From an uncultured Candidatus Binatia bacterium (lineage in GTDB: Bacteria > Desulfobacterota > Binatia > UBA9968 > JAJDTQ01), in assembly GCA_964291295.2 (NCBI GenBank), contig OZ219754.1, positions 384,001-448,000 of the forward strand: 64,000 nucleotides of DNA, in the 5' to 3' direction. The notes below the pieces were generated by a model. The model was not told the DNA's origin. It saw nothing but the letters and a program-made list of their open reading frames with translations, and did not search any database. The position numbers and the translations under genes were made by a program. Below are positions 51,162 to 61,203 of the stretch, piece by piece (within the stretch, counting starts at the first letter, position 1; the number at the start of each line of letters is the position of its first letter).

Positions 51162-52481
51162 TCACGCGGGCGCCCCCTCGGCGGTGGGCGCGAGCGGCGG
51201 CATCGGCTTCCGGGGCCGAATGCCGAGCCCGAACGCGGCGGCCATCAGCCCCATCCAGCCGCCGGCGAAGAACGCCATCTCATAGTTCCCCACGTAGTCG
51301 TAAAGCAGCCCGCCGCCGTTGGCCATGGCGAATCCACCCACTTGGTGCGCCAGGAAGATCCAGCCGTAGATCCGCCCGATGGACTGCTTGCCGAAGGTCT
51401 GGCCCGCGATCATCACCACGGGAGGAACCGTGGCGAACCAGTCGAGCCCGTAGATGATGGTGAAGAGGATCAGCCCCTGGGTACTGTCCACGAAGGTCAG
51501 ATAGAAGAGCGACAGTCCCCGCAGCGTGAACACCGCGGCGATCAGCTTCCGGGGATCGACACGGTCGGCCAACCAGCCGGAGCACAGCGTCCCGACGATG
51601 TTCATGGTGCCCATGATGGTCACGGCGGTGCCTACGGTGACCTTGTCGAATCCGTTCTCCAGGGCATGGGGAATCAGGTGGGTTCCGATGAGCCCGTTGG
51701 CGGTGCCGCCGCAGATGGAGAACACGCCGCACAGGAGCCAGAAGGTCGGCGTCCTGACGGCGTCGCGGATGCCCATGACCGGCACCGCAGGGCTGTTTTC
51801 GTCCGTCCTGGCCGCCGACGCCGTCTCCGCCCCGACGCCCTCGTTGTAGGGCTCCAGACCCACGTCCGCGGGCCTGTCGCGCATCAACAGCCAGACCAGT
51901 GTCGCCGCCGTGGCCGTACAGGCCACCAGCACGTAGGAGCCCATGCGCCAGCCGGTCAAGGTGATGACAAAGAGCATGAACGGGATGAAAACGATCTGCC
52001 CCGACGAACTGCCGCTGCTGAGGATGCCCACAGCAAGCCCGCGCCGCGCATTGAACCAGCGATGCGCCACCGAAGCGGACAGCACCCCCGACATGCCGCC
52101 GGCCCCGAGCCCCACCATGACCCCCCAGGTCAGCCAGAATTGCCACAACTGGCTGACGAGGGTGGTGCAAAGCAGACCCGTCGAGAGCAGGGTCAGCGAG
52201 GCCAGCATGACCCGCCGCGGTCCGTACTTGTCCAGGACCCAGCCGACCACCGGGGCGGCCACGCCGTAGAGCAGGAGATTGACGGAGATGCCGAAGGTGA
52301 TGGCCGAGCGAGCCCATCCGAAATCCGCTTCGAGCGGATGGATCAGCACGGTGGGAACCACCCGGATACCGGCTCCGTTGAAGCTGGCGAAGAACGTCAC
52401 GGCGACGATGAGCCAGCCGTAATGAAATGGCAACGGTATGGGCGGCCGCCGCCTGGAATCGGAGCGCGCGGGATGATTCAT
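51162..52481 (-). CDS. MFS transporter
   Basis: YGWLIV, DKYGPRR, HRWFNARRGLA and YGLDWFATVPP. About 12 hydrophobic segments. Confidence 0.9.
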   Translation of the reverse strand: MNHPARSDSRRRPPIPLPFHYGWLIVAVTFFASFNGAGIRVVPTVLIHPLEADFGWARSAITFGISVNLLLYGVAAPVVGWVLDKYGPRRVMLASLTLLSTGLLCTTLVSQLWQFWLTWGVMVGLGAGGMSGVLSASVAHRWFNARRGLAVGILSSGSSSGQIVFIPFMLFVITLTGWRMGSYVLVACTATAATLVWLLMRDRPADVGLEPYNEGVGAETASAARTDENSPAVPVMGIRDAVRTPTFWLLCGVFSICGGTANGLIGTHLIPHALENGFDKVTVGTAVTIMGTMNIVGTLCSGWLADRVDPRKLIAAVFTLRGLSLFYLTFVDSTQGLILFTIIYGLDWFATVPPVVMIAGQTFGKQSIGRIYGWIFLAHQVGGFAMANGGGLLYDYVGNYEMAFFAGGWMGLMAAAFGLGIRPRKPMPPLAPTAEGAPA

Positions 52482-52553
52482 CCGATCTCGCTTTCCCTGG
52501 GAACGCGGGAACCGGAACGCCTCCCGAGAGGAAGTCCCGTTCCCGCACGGCGG

Positions 52554-53540
52554 CTACTTCGGCAACGCGTCGCGCATGGCCTGCGTGTACTTGCTGTAGC
52601 TCTTGACGTAGTTGTCCAGGTCGGCCTGCGCCATCCTGGAGTCGCCCGGGACGATGGGGCTCCTGGAGCGGGCCAGGAACTCCTTGTATTCGGCATCGGT
52701 CATGGCCTTCATGAACAGGTCTTCGAGTATCTTCTTCCGCTCCTCGGGGAGACCGGGCGGTGCCACGATGCTGCGGCCCACGTAGAGGCGGAGATCGACC
52801 CCCTTCTCCATTGCCGTCGGCGTGTTCGGAGCGTTGACCGGCCGTTCACTGTGCAGGTGGAGGATTGGCCGGACATCGCCCGACGCGATGTAGGTGGCGG
52901 TGGTGGGATGGTCGATGGGCTGCAGGTAGACGTCGAAGTCATTCCGGATCATTGCCGGTATGCCCTCGCTGGTACCGCTGTAGCCCGACACCACGTCCAT
53001 CGGGATGCCCAGCTCGTTGGCCGCCACGAAAGTCGGTATCCATCGCGACACGCCGATGCCCTCCACGCCCCACTTCACCCGCTTCGCCTTCCGGAGATCC
53101 TCAAGCGTGTGGAAGCGGGAATTGCCGCCCACGATGAGGCTGTACGGTTCGGCTCCGACCCGCGCGATGTAGGTGAACCGGGTGACGTCGTAGCCGGTCT
53201 TCGCCGCCCCGCTGATCAACTGCTTGCCGAGCATCCCGTCCGTGAACAGGTGCCCCAGGGTGTAGCCGTCGGGCCTGGCCTTGTACATGGCCACCGTGCC
53301 GATGACCAATCCGCCGCCCGTGATGTTCTTGACCACCACGTGGACGCCCTCCGGCAGGTATTTCCTCATGCTCCTGCCGATGCCCCGGGCCAGCCGGTCG
53401 AAACCACCGCCAGGCGACCCCGCGACGATGATGGTGATGTTCTTCTTCGGAAAGTCCGCCGCCGAGACGGCGGCCGGTGCGGCAAGGGCCACCAAGGCCA
53501 AAGCCGGCAACATGGCAAACCACCCGGACCCTCTTTTCAT
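52554..53540 (-). CDS. tctC: Tripartite tricarboxylate transporter substrate-binding protein (TctC/Bug)
   Basis: Signal peptide, FPKKNITIIV, PGGGFD, KNITGGG, ARPDGYTL and APPGLP. Confidence 0.88.
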   Translation of the reverse strand: MKRGSGWFAMLPALALVALAAPAAVSAADFPKKNITIIVAGSPGGGFDRLARGIGRSMRKYLPEGVHVVVKNITGGGLVIGTVAMYKARPDGYTLGHLFTDGMLGKQLISGAAKTGYDVTRFTYIARVGAEPYSLIVGGNSRFHTLEDLRKAKRVKWGVEGIGVSRWIPTFVAANELGIPMDVVSGYSGTSEGIPAMIRNDFDVYLQPIDHPTTATYIASGDVRPILHLHSERPVNAPNTPTAMEKGVDLRLYVGRSIVAPPGLPEERKKILEDLFMKAMTDAEYKEFLARSRSPIVPGDSRMAQADLDNYVKSYSKYTQAMRDALPK

Positions 53541-54131
53541 GGCGTTTCTCCTTTTCACGGACACCGTATCCACTCGACTTGACGGAGTTCCCCAGAAAAC
53601 AACATCGAGAAGGTCCTTGTCAAACCGGGATTGCCCGGACACCGCTGCGAAAGGCCCGGGGCGCGTGTCCGGCAAGGGGACACCGCAAACAGGTCCGGCG
53701 GTCCAGATCCAAACAGTCCATGGGGGAGCCGATTTCGTTGTCCGTGTGCCGGCTCCGGCCTCACGGAGGCGCCACCCGGACGGCAACTCCGCAGCGGTCG
53801 CCAGCCGCGGATGGCGACAGAACGTCGTTCCCGGCGCAAGGCTTTGCAACCCGGACCGCCGTTGGCATAGTGCATGGATGAGCAGAAAGGGAAACCGGGT
53901 ACGGAGATGCCATAGAGCAGGACTCCGAACCGTTGGAGGACGACCCGGAGCGGAATGCGTGCAGCCATGACCGAAATGAGTCAAACCCGAAGTCGGCGCC
54001 GGCACCGGAATCAACCCGGCTTGTTCGCCGCGAAGCCGCGGCCAAGCGGCGCGACCTGAACATGGCCGCCCGCTTCCGCCTTGAGACTGAGCCGAGGTTG
54101 CATCCAGGAACGACCACCACGAAACCCGACG

Positions 54132-54668
54132 ATGCCTGACTACGATCCTGAACCCGGCGTGGCCTTGCTCGCGTTGTTCGTATGGTGCGTGCTCTTCGGC
54201 GGACTTGCATGGTGGCTTGACAATTCGCGCAAGGCCGTTGTGATCGGTGTTATTGGCGGCCCTGCCGGCGTATTGCTGGTGTTCCTGATGGCCTACGGCG
54301 CGGAACTCATCGAGCGAAAGCGGCGCGAGGGCAAACGCGGCCATTGCGGATGCCGCCATCCGCCGGCGGACCGCCGACAGGAACGCGGCCAGGGCCGGCG
54401 TTCCGGGCCCTGATGGATGCTCGTCTGGTTCTTGATGTACGGCTGTCTCCGGGCGGTTGGGGCGGAGGGGCCGCCCTTGATCGGGGATCGCCTGTTTTGG
54501 GGCGCCTTTGGCGATCTCGGTTCTTTGGCGGCGTTCATCTGCCTGGCCATTGGAGTCGGCCCGCGCGCCATCGCCGCCACCGGCAGGCAGGCGCGCCACT
54601 CCTCGGTCTCGACCACGCGCGGACGTGACGGCGGAACGGACAGGCAACTCCCGGGAGAGCACGCATGA
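54132..54668 (+). pseudogene. Small membrane protein interrupted by an in-frame TGA (54411-54413), or two tiny ORFs
   Basis: Hydrophobic ORFs 54132-54413 and 54417-54668 share a frame and read ...RSGP*WMLVWFLMY... Confidence 0.4.
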
Positions 54669-55562
54669 GCCCATCGGTCATCGACATCCATGCCCACTTC
54701 ACCCCGCCCGAGTGGATCCGGGCCATGCGCCGGGACGGCGAACGGTACGGTTGCCACATTGAGGAGGACGGCTCGGGCAGGTTGTCGCTTCGGGTGGAGG
54801 AGGGCCACCCCGCGGCATTGCCGCCGTCGCTCTCGGACGTTCCCGGCCGGTTGCGCGCCATGCGCGAGCGCGGGCTGGACCGGCAGGTGCTGTCGCCGCC
54901 CATGACCATCGTGACCTATCAACTGGCGGCCATGGACGGGCAGATCGTGTCCCGGCTCTTCAACGAGACCAACGCCGAGGTGGCGCGCGAGACGCCGGAA
55001 CTGATCCCCGTGGCCACGGTTCCCATGCAGGAACCCACATCAACGGCGTGAATCTCGACGACGAGACGTTCCGGCCGTTCTTCGAATGCGCCGCCGACCT
55101 CGACGTGGTGGTGCAACTGCATCCCCACCGGGTGGCGGCCGCGGAGCGGCTGAACCGCTACTACATGCACAACCTGGTGGGCAACCCCATGGACACCGCC
55201 ATTGCCGCGGCCGCACTGATCCTGGGCGGCGTGCTGGAGCGCTACCCCTCCCTCAACATCTGCCGGGTCCACGGCGGCGGCGCCCTTCCATGGCTTCTCG
55301 GCCGGGGTAGTTCACGGCAGCCGCGCGGCGGCGGTCCGCGCGGTAACGGGTGATCCGGAGACATGCTTCCGCCGCTTCCATTTCGATACGACCCTGCACG
55401 ATCCGCGCCAGCTCGCCTTCCTGCGCCAACTGGCGGGCGAGGAGCGGCTTCTGCTCGGCACGACTACCCCTGCGACATGGGCGAAAGCCATCCGTCTGGT
55501 TTGCTGGAACGCGCCGGCCTGGGCGGTTGCGACCCGGTTCGCGGCGGGAACGCAGGGCCTGA
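54665..55562 (+). pseudogene. Frameshifted ACMSD-like amidohydrolase_2 pseudogene
   Basis: IDIHAH...PVATVPMQ, NLDD...LHPH...HGGGALPWLLGR, FHFDT...RLLLGT and DYPCDMG lie in successive different frames with apparent deletions. Confidence 0.8.
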
Positions 55563-55576
55563 CGTGAGCGCCGGGC

Positions 55577-56476
55577 CTACTCCACCCGGTTGTCGATGGG
55601 CGCCAGCGAGCGCAGGTAGACGGCGATGGCGGCGAGGTCCTCATCGGTCATGTGCTCGTAGCCGTGGACGATGACCCGCTCCATCAGCCCCTGGACGTTG
55701 TCGCCGTCGGGCTTGTAGCTGCTCTTCAGCAACTCCACCATATCCTCCACCGACCAGTCGCCCACGCCGGTCTCCTGGTGCGGGGTGATGTTGGGCGAAG
55801 TCTCGCCCTCGGGGCCGTCGACGCTTCCCGCCATCAGCAGTTCCGGCTTCAGCCCGCCGGCCCAGTCCCTTGGGGTGTGGCATTCCGCGCAGTGCGTCAC
55901 CGCCTGGACGAGATAGGCGCCCCGGTTCCACCTGGCGGACCTGTCCGGGTCGGCCTTCCACGGGCCTTTTCTGAAATAGCGCCATTTCCACCCCGCCAGC
56001 AGGAAACGCCAACCGAAAGGCGCGGTCAGCTCGGGCGCCCGGTTCTCCTGGCGCACGGGCCTGACCGTGGCCAGGTAGGCCTTGATGGCCAGGATGTCCC
56101 GGTCGGTCATGGCCGTGAACGAAGTGTAGGGGAAGGCGGGGAAAAGGTGCTGGCCGCGGCGGCCGACGCCCTCACGCATGGCCCGGAGGAACGCTTCGTC
56201 GCTCCAGCCGCCGATGCCGGTCTCCGGGTCCGGGGTGAGATTGGTGCTGTAGAGAGTGCCGAACGGGATCTGGATGGCGTAGCCGCCGGCAAGCTCGACC
56301 CCCTTGTTCCTGAAGTCGGTGTGGCAGGCGATGCACAGGCCCGCCCGCGCCAGGTACTTCCCCCGCGCCGCCGGGTCGTCCGCGGCGCCGGCCCCGGGCA
56401 ACCACGCCGCTCCCCAGAGGGCCAACGCCAGACCCGCGGCCAAGTGTCCCTTGCTGCGTCGAGTGCGGTATCTCAC
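55577..56476 (-). CDS. Diheme cytochrome c (gluconate/alcohol dehydrogenase cytochrome-subunit-like)
   Basis: Signal peptide, CIACH, NLTPDPETGIG, FPAFPY, RGAYLV..CAECHTPR and PNITP. Confidence 0.88.
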   Translation of the reverse strand: MRYRTRRSKGHLAAGLALALWGAAWLPGAGAADDPAARGKYLARAGLCIACHTDFRNKGVELAGGYAIQIPFGTLYSTNLTPDPETGIGGWSDEAFLRAMREGVGRRGQHLFPAFPYTSFTAMTDRDILAIKAYLATVRPVRQENRAPELTAPFGWRFLLAGWKWRYFRKGPWKADPDRSARWNRGAYLVQAVTHCAECHTPRDWAGGLKPELLMAGSVDGPEGETSPNITPHQETGVGDWSVEDMVELLKSSYKPDGDNVQGLMERVIVHGYEHMTDEDLAAIAVYLRSLAPIDNRVE

Positions 56477-56583
56477 GGACAATCCCACAGGATCGCCCGG
56501 TTCCCCTGTCGCCGGCCAGGCGCGGCGACGGGAGGGGCGGGCGCCGAACCCCGCCCCCCGGCCCGGCGACGGGCCGGAACCGG

Positions 56584-57765
56584 TCATCCGTTGCGGCACA
56601 CGATCAACTCCCGGGGACAGTCGTGCATGTTCTCCAGCCCGGCGTCGGTCACGCGCATCATCTCGCCGAACTGCACGCCGCGCAACCCGTCCTCGGTCAC
56701 CACGTTGGGTTGGATCACCAGGCACATGTTCGTCTCGAAGCGGAAGCCGGAGGGCGCCCCGCGACTGGTCTTCGACGTCCGCAGGATCGGCGGCAACTGG
56801 CTGGCGCCGTGAACCACGTCGTCGTAGACGGTGAACCCTCGTTCATGCACCACGTCCGCCGCCTCCAGCACCGGCTCCACTCCCGCACCCGCCCGGATGA
56901 CGCCGGCGATGCGGTCGAAAGCCTCCATGGCCGCATCATGGAGGCGCCGATATTCCGGGGTGGGCTCCTCACCGATGGTGAATGTACGCAGGACCTGGCC
57001 GGTGTAACCGCCATAGTTGGTGCTGATCTCGGTGACCAGCACGTCGCCCTGCCGCAGGATGCGGTTGGTCAGGTGCTGCCGCGGCACGCCGCCCCGGGGG
57101 TCGCGCATGGGGGTGGTGATCATGAAATGAATGCCGTTGATGCCGCCCCGGCCCAAGTAGACGTCCTCGACGATCCGGGCCAGCTCGTGCTCCGGGATGC
57201 CGGGACGCGCCCGCTCGGCCAAAGCCGCCACCGAATCATCGCTCATGGCCGCGGCCAGGCGCAGCCTTTCGATCTCCTCGCCGCTCTTGACCTGGCGCTG
57301 GTCGCGCATCTCGGCGCTGAAATCCATCCAGCGGACCTCGGGCAGCGCCTCCGTCAGCCGCAGATAGTGCCGGTAAGGGACACTGCCGCAAAGACCCACC
57401 GTTCTCTTCTCCAGGCCACGGTCCTTCAGGTTCTCCACCACCCGCGGCACGGAATCCACCGAGCCCGTGGGGCTGGAACCGCCGAACCGGACATCGTCGA
57501 TGATGGCCATGTGCCTGGCGTTGGGCAGGTGATTCGACAACTGGACGAAGAGCGTCGGTTCCCCTTGGCGCGGGTAGATGAAGTAGGCCTCGGTGGTGGT
57601 GAGCCAGTTGCACAGATAGTGGATGTCCGGGGCCGTTCGGCTGCCGTAGAACACCACGGCCTCCAGGCCCAGGCGGTCCATGCGCCCCCGCACCGCGGCA
57701 TGGCGGCGCTGGTACTCGGCGCCGGAAAAAACGGGATAGTCGATATGGTCGGAACCGCAAGCCAT
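56584..57765 (-). CDS. M24 (Xaa-Pro aminopeptidase/creatinase) fold protein
   Basis: Creatinase_N-like FSGAEYQRR, VKSGEEIERLR, GDVL..E...YGGY..QVLRTF. Confidence 0.85.
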   Translation of the reverse strand: MACGSDHIDYPVFSGAEYQRRHAAVRGRMDRLGLEAVVFYGSRTAPDIHYLCNWLTTTEAYFIYPRQGEPTLFVQLSNHLPNARHMAIIDDVRFGGSSPTGSVDSVPRVVENLKDRGLEKRTVGLCGSVPYRHYLRLTEALPEVRWMDFSAEMRDQRQVKSGEEIERLRLAAAMSDDSVAALAERARPGIPEHELARIVEDVYLGRGGINGIHFMITTPMRDPRGGVPRQHLTNRILRQGDVLVTEISTNYGGYTGQVLRTFTIGEEPTPEYRRLHDAAMEAFDRIAGVIRAGAGVEPVLEAADVVHERGFTVYDDVVHGASQLPPILRTSKTSRGAPSGFRFETNMCLVIQPNVVTEDGLRGVQFGEMMRVTDAGLENMHDCPRELIVCRNG

Positions 57766-57819
57766 GAGACGCCTCCACTCGATCGAGGACGGTCCGGCCG
57801 CATGCCCGCCGCGGCCAAC

Positions 57820-59169
57820 CTACGCGGCCGCCAGTCCGGGCTGCGGCGCCGGCGGCGGGGCCGGTGTCCGCGGCGCCTCCCTGGCGATGGCCAGTGACAT
57901 GAGCATGGCCATCACCGCCAGCACCGCGCCGATGAGAAAGGCCGGGACGTAGCCGCCGGAGTAGTCGAAGATGAGGCCGCCGCCCTGGGCCATGGCGGCG
58001 CCACCCAACTGGTGCGACAGGAATATCAGGCCGTAGACGCTGCCCACGGAGTTCTTGCCGAAGGTGTTGCCGGCGATGGCCACCACCGGCGGCACGGTTG
58101 CGAACCAGTCCAGGCCGTAGACCACCGCGAACACGAACATGCCCTCGGGTCCGGTGACCACCGGCAGGATGAACAGGGCCACGGCCCGCAAGCCGTAGAC
58201 CAGGGCCAGCACCTTGCGCGGGTCCATGCGGTCACTGAGCCATCCCGCGCCCATGGTGCCGATGAAGTTCATGCCGCCCATGATCCCCACCGTCCAGGAG
58301 GCCACTCCCGCGCTGATGCCGATGTCCAGGGCATGCGGGATCATGTGGCTGCCGATGAGCCCGTTGGATGTCCCGCCGCAGATGGCGTAGCCGCCGGCCA
58401 GAAGCCAGAAGGTACGGTGCCGCAGAGCCGCCCGCACCGGCGTGCTGACCACCGGCGGGGAGCCGCCCCCGGATGCCGCCAGCGCGGCCGCGGCCTCCGA
58501 TTCGCCCAGCGGCTCGTCGCCGACATCCGCCGGTTCGTTGCGCATGAGCCACCACACCAGCACGAAGACCAGCGCGGCCACGACGGCCAGCGCGGTGGCG
58601 GCCGTGCGCCAGCCCCAGGTCACGATGACCCCCATGACCAGCGGTATGAAGATAAGCTGTCCGGTGGAGCCCGAACTGTTCAGCAGTCCCAGCATCACGC
58701 CGCGATGGCGTACGAACCAGCGGTGGGCGACGCTGGCCGCCAGCACCGACGACATGCCGCCGGCGCCGGTGCCGACGATGAAGCCCCAGACCAGGATGAA
58801 TTGCCAGAGTTTGTCGATGAACGCGGTGAGCCCCACACCGACGCCCAGCAGGATCAGGGCGGTGAGCATCACCACCCGCACTCCGTGGCGATCCTGGATG
58901 CGGCCCCCGATGGGGCCGACGGCGCCGTAGAGCACCAGGTTTACGGACACCGCGGCCATGATCGCGCCCCGGCTCCAGCCGAATGCCGCCTCCAGCGGCC
59001 TCACGAAAGTCTGGGGCGTGGCGCGTATGCCGGCGGCCGTAAGCGTCGCCAGGAAGGTCAGGGCGACGACGACCCAGCCGTAGAAAAACGAGAGATTCAG
59101 CGGGTTGCGGCGGTGCGGGGTGTCGCGTGTCGTGTTCATGGTGTCGATGTCGTGTTCACGAGACGGCAT
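57820..59169 (-). CDS. MFS transporter (paralog of 51162-52481)
   Basis: FYGWVVV, HRWFVRHRG, ICGGTSNGLIG and YGLDWFATVPP. Confidence 0.9.
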   Translation of the reverse strand: MPSREHDIDTMNTTRDTPHRRNPLNLSFFYGWVVVALTFLATLTAAGIRATPQTFVRPLEAAFGWSRGAIMAAVSVNLVLYGAVGPIGGRIQDRHGVRVVMLTALILLGVGVGLTAFIDKLWQFILVWGFIVGTGAGGMSSVLAASVAHRWFVRHRGVMLGLLNSSGSTGQLIFIPLVMGVIVTWGWRTAATALAVVAALVFVLVWWLMRNEPADVGDEPLGESEAAAALAASGGGSPPVVSTPVRAALRHRTFWLLAGGYAICGGTSNGLIGSHMIPHALDIGISAGVASWTVGIMGGMNFIGTMGAGWLSDRMDPRKVLALVYGLRAVALFILPVVTGPEGMFVFAVVYGLDWFATVPPVVAIAGNTFGKNSVGSVYGLIFLSHQLGGAAMAQGGGLIFDYSGGYVPAFLIGAVLAVMAMLMSLAIAREAPRTPAPPPAPQPGLAAA

Positions 59170-59275
59170 TCATGGTACCGCGGTCGCCAAGTGTCGGATC
59201 GTGCGGGTCGGATCCCGCGGTCGCCGCGCCGGTGCGGGCCGCTCCGACGACACCGGACGGAGCCGCAACCTGCCC

Positions 59276-60280
59276 CTACGGGCGCGGTCCCAGGGCCTCG
59301 ACGGCGCGCTCGTAATCTTCAAGCCGGGGCAACAACAGCGGGTTGCCCACCCCGGCCTCACGGTATTCGTCGATGCGCCGGCGGCATTCTGAAGCATCCC
59401 CCAGCAGATAAAACGCTTTCACCATGGCATCGGTGATCAGGCCCACGGCCGCTTTCCCGCCCCGGCCTGCGGCGGCGGCACGGAGCGGCGGCAGGATGGC
59501 CGGGTCGAAGCCGCCCCGCTCCAGCAGGACCTCGCCCACGAAGGGCTCGGCCAACAGCCGCATCATGCGTTCCTTCAGGGCCGGCATCATCCGCTCCGGA
59601 TCGTCGGTCAGCCGCACGATGAGCATACAGGCGATGTCGATGGACGCGGGGTCGCGGCCGGCCTCCCGGGCAGCGGCGGCGACTTCCCGCACCGCGTACC
59701 GGACATAGCGCACCGGCACGTAGGCATTGAGCAGGACGCCGTCGGCCACCGCCCCCGCCAGCCGCAATGCCCTGGGGCCGATGGCGGCCAGGTAGACGGG
59801 GACGCGTTCCTGTACGGGCGTGACCGCCAGCCGCACGGCATCGAGATCCCAGCCGACACCTTCGCCGCTGGCGCACCCGCCGGCCAGAAGCTGCCTGAGT
59901 TGCGCCACCGTTTCCCTCAGGGTGTCCAGCGGCCGCTGGTAGGGAATGCCCATGCGGCCCTCGATCACCCCCTTGTCGCTGCGGCCCAGCCCCAGGAGAA
60001 GGCGCCCGCCGGAAAGCCGGTCCAGGGTCGCCGCCGACATGCCCATCAACGCCGGGTTCCGCGTATAGGGATTGATGACGCCCAGGCCCAGCCGTATCCG
60101 CCGCGTGGCCGCGGCGAGGAATCCCAGCAGCGAGAAGGTCTCCTCGTGGAAATAGCGCTCGGTCACCCACAGGGAATCGAAGCCGGCGTCTTCCGCGGCG
60201 CGGGCGTAGTTGCGCAGCGCGCCGCCGCTGTCGATGCCGTGATACAGCACCATGCCCAGCCGTGAGGCGGAGGAGGTCAA
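59276..60280 (-). CDS. Luciferase-like (LLM) oxidoreductase, possibly F420-dependent (Mer-like)
   Basis: TTG start overlaps the upstream stop. Motifs AEDAGFDSLWVTE, GLGVINPYTRNP, SGGRLLLGLG and AAIGPRAL..AG..ADG. Confidence 0.87.
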   Translation of the reverse strand: MTSSASRLGMVLYHGIDSGGALRNYARAAEDAGFDSLWVTERYFHEETFSLLGFLAAATRRIRLGLGVINPYTRNPALMGMSAATLDRLSGGRLLLGLGRSDKGVIEGRMGIPYQRPLDTLRETVAQLRQLLAGGCASGEGVGWDLDAVRLAVTPVQERVPVYLAAIGPRALRLAGAVADGVLLNAYVPVRYVRYAVREVAAAAREAGRDPASIDIACMLIVRLTDDPERMMPALKERMMRLLAEPFVGEVLLERGGFDPAILPPLRAAAAGRGGKAAVGLITDAMVKAFYLLGDASECRRRIDEYREAGVGNPLLLPRLEDYERAVEALGPRP

Positions 60281-61203
60281 ATGCCGGTTCCCGCCCGCTT
60301 GAGCCGTGGGTCCAGAACGTCCCGCAGGGCATCGCCCAGGAGGTTGATCCCCAGCACGGTCACGAATATGGACAAGCCGGGGAACAGCGCCAGCCACCAC
60401 GCGGTGCTGATGTAGATGCGGCCGTCGGCGAGCATGGTGCCCCAGGTGGGAATCTCCGGGGGCACGCCCAGGCCCAGGAAGCTGAGGCTCGCCTCGGAGA
60501 TGATGGACGAGGCCATGGCGAAGGTGCCGATGACCAGCGACACCTGGATGAGATTGGGGATGATGTGGCGCGCGATGATCTGGGCGTCGCTCGCTCCCAG
60601 CGACTTGGCCGAGATGACGAACTCGCGGGTCTTGAGCGACAGGCTCTGCCCCCGGGTCACCCGGCAGTATTGGATCCAGCGCTGGGCCACCAGCGCCAGG
60701 ATGAGGTTGAACAGGCCCTGGCCCAGGAAGGCCATGATGCTGAGCGCCAGCAGCAGCGGCGGGAAGGCCCACACCACCTCCACGAACTTCTGGATGGTGA
60801 AATCGGCGTTGCCGCCGAAATACCCGGAGACGGCACCCAGCACCACGCCCACGATGCCGGAGATGAACACCACCGCGAAGGCGATGAGCAGCGACACCCG
60901 GGCGCCGAAGACGATGCGGCTCAGGATGTCGCGGCCGAGGTTGTCGGTGCCGAGGAAATGCGGCCCCCAGAACCACTGGGGCGCCTGCAGCATGGTCTCA
61001 AGGCTCTGGTGGTTGGGATCGTAGGGCGCCACCAGCGGCCCGAGGGCGCCGGCGATGATGAAGAGCAGCACGATGGAGCCGCCGGCGTAGACCTTGGTTC
61101 GCATCCACCGCCGCCACCACCCGCGGCGGGGCCTTGGGCCGCCGGTTTCCGGCGCGCCGGTGTCCGTACCGTCAGTAGCGGATTCTCGGATCGATGATTG
61201 CAT
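60277..61203 (-). CDS. Dipeptide/oligopeptide/nickel ABC transporter permease (DppC/OppC-like)
   Basis: HFLGTDNLGRDILSR, EFVISAKSLG (EAA loop), EASLSFLGLG and LLGDALRD. Confidence 0.92.
   Translation of the reverse strand: MQSSIRESATDGTDTGAPETGGPRPRRGWWRRWMRTKVYAGGSIVLLFIIAGALGPLVAPYDPNHQSLETMLQAPQWFWGPHFLGTDNLGRDILSRIVFGARVSLLIAFAVVFISGIVGVVLGAVSGYFGGNADFTIQKFVEVVWAFPPLLLALSIMAFLGQGLFNLILALVAQRWIQYCRVTRGQSLSLKTREFVISAKSLGASDAQIIARHIIPNLIQVSLVIGTFAMASSIISEASLSFLGLGVPPEIPTWGTMLADGRIYISTAWWLALFPGLSIFVTVLGINLLGDALRDVLDPRLKRAGTGI

Noticed and set aside
53863-53878. TGGCAT... sigma54-like site
   Set aside because: The -12 position reads GG rather than the invariant GC.
54411-54413. In-frame TGA as selenocysteine
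   Set aside because: There is no redox motif context or evident SECIS hairpin, and the adjacent gene is a pseudogene, so a nonsense mutation is simpler.
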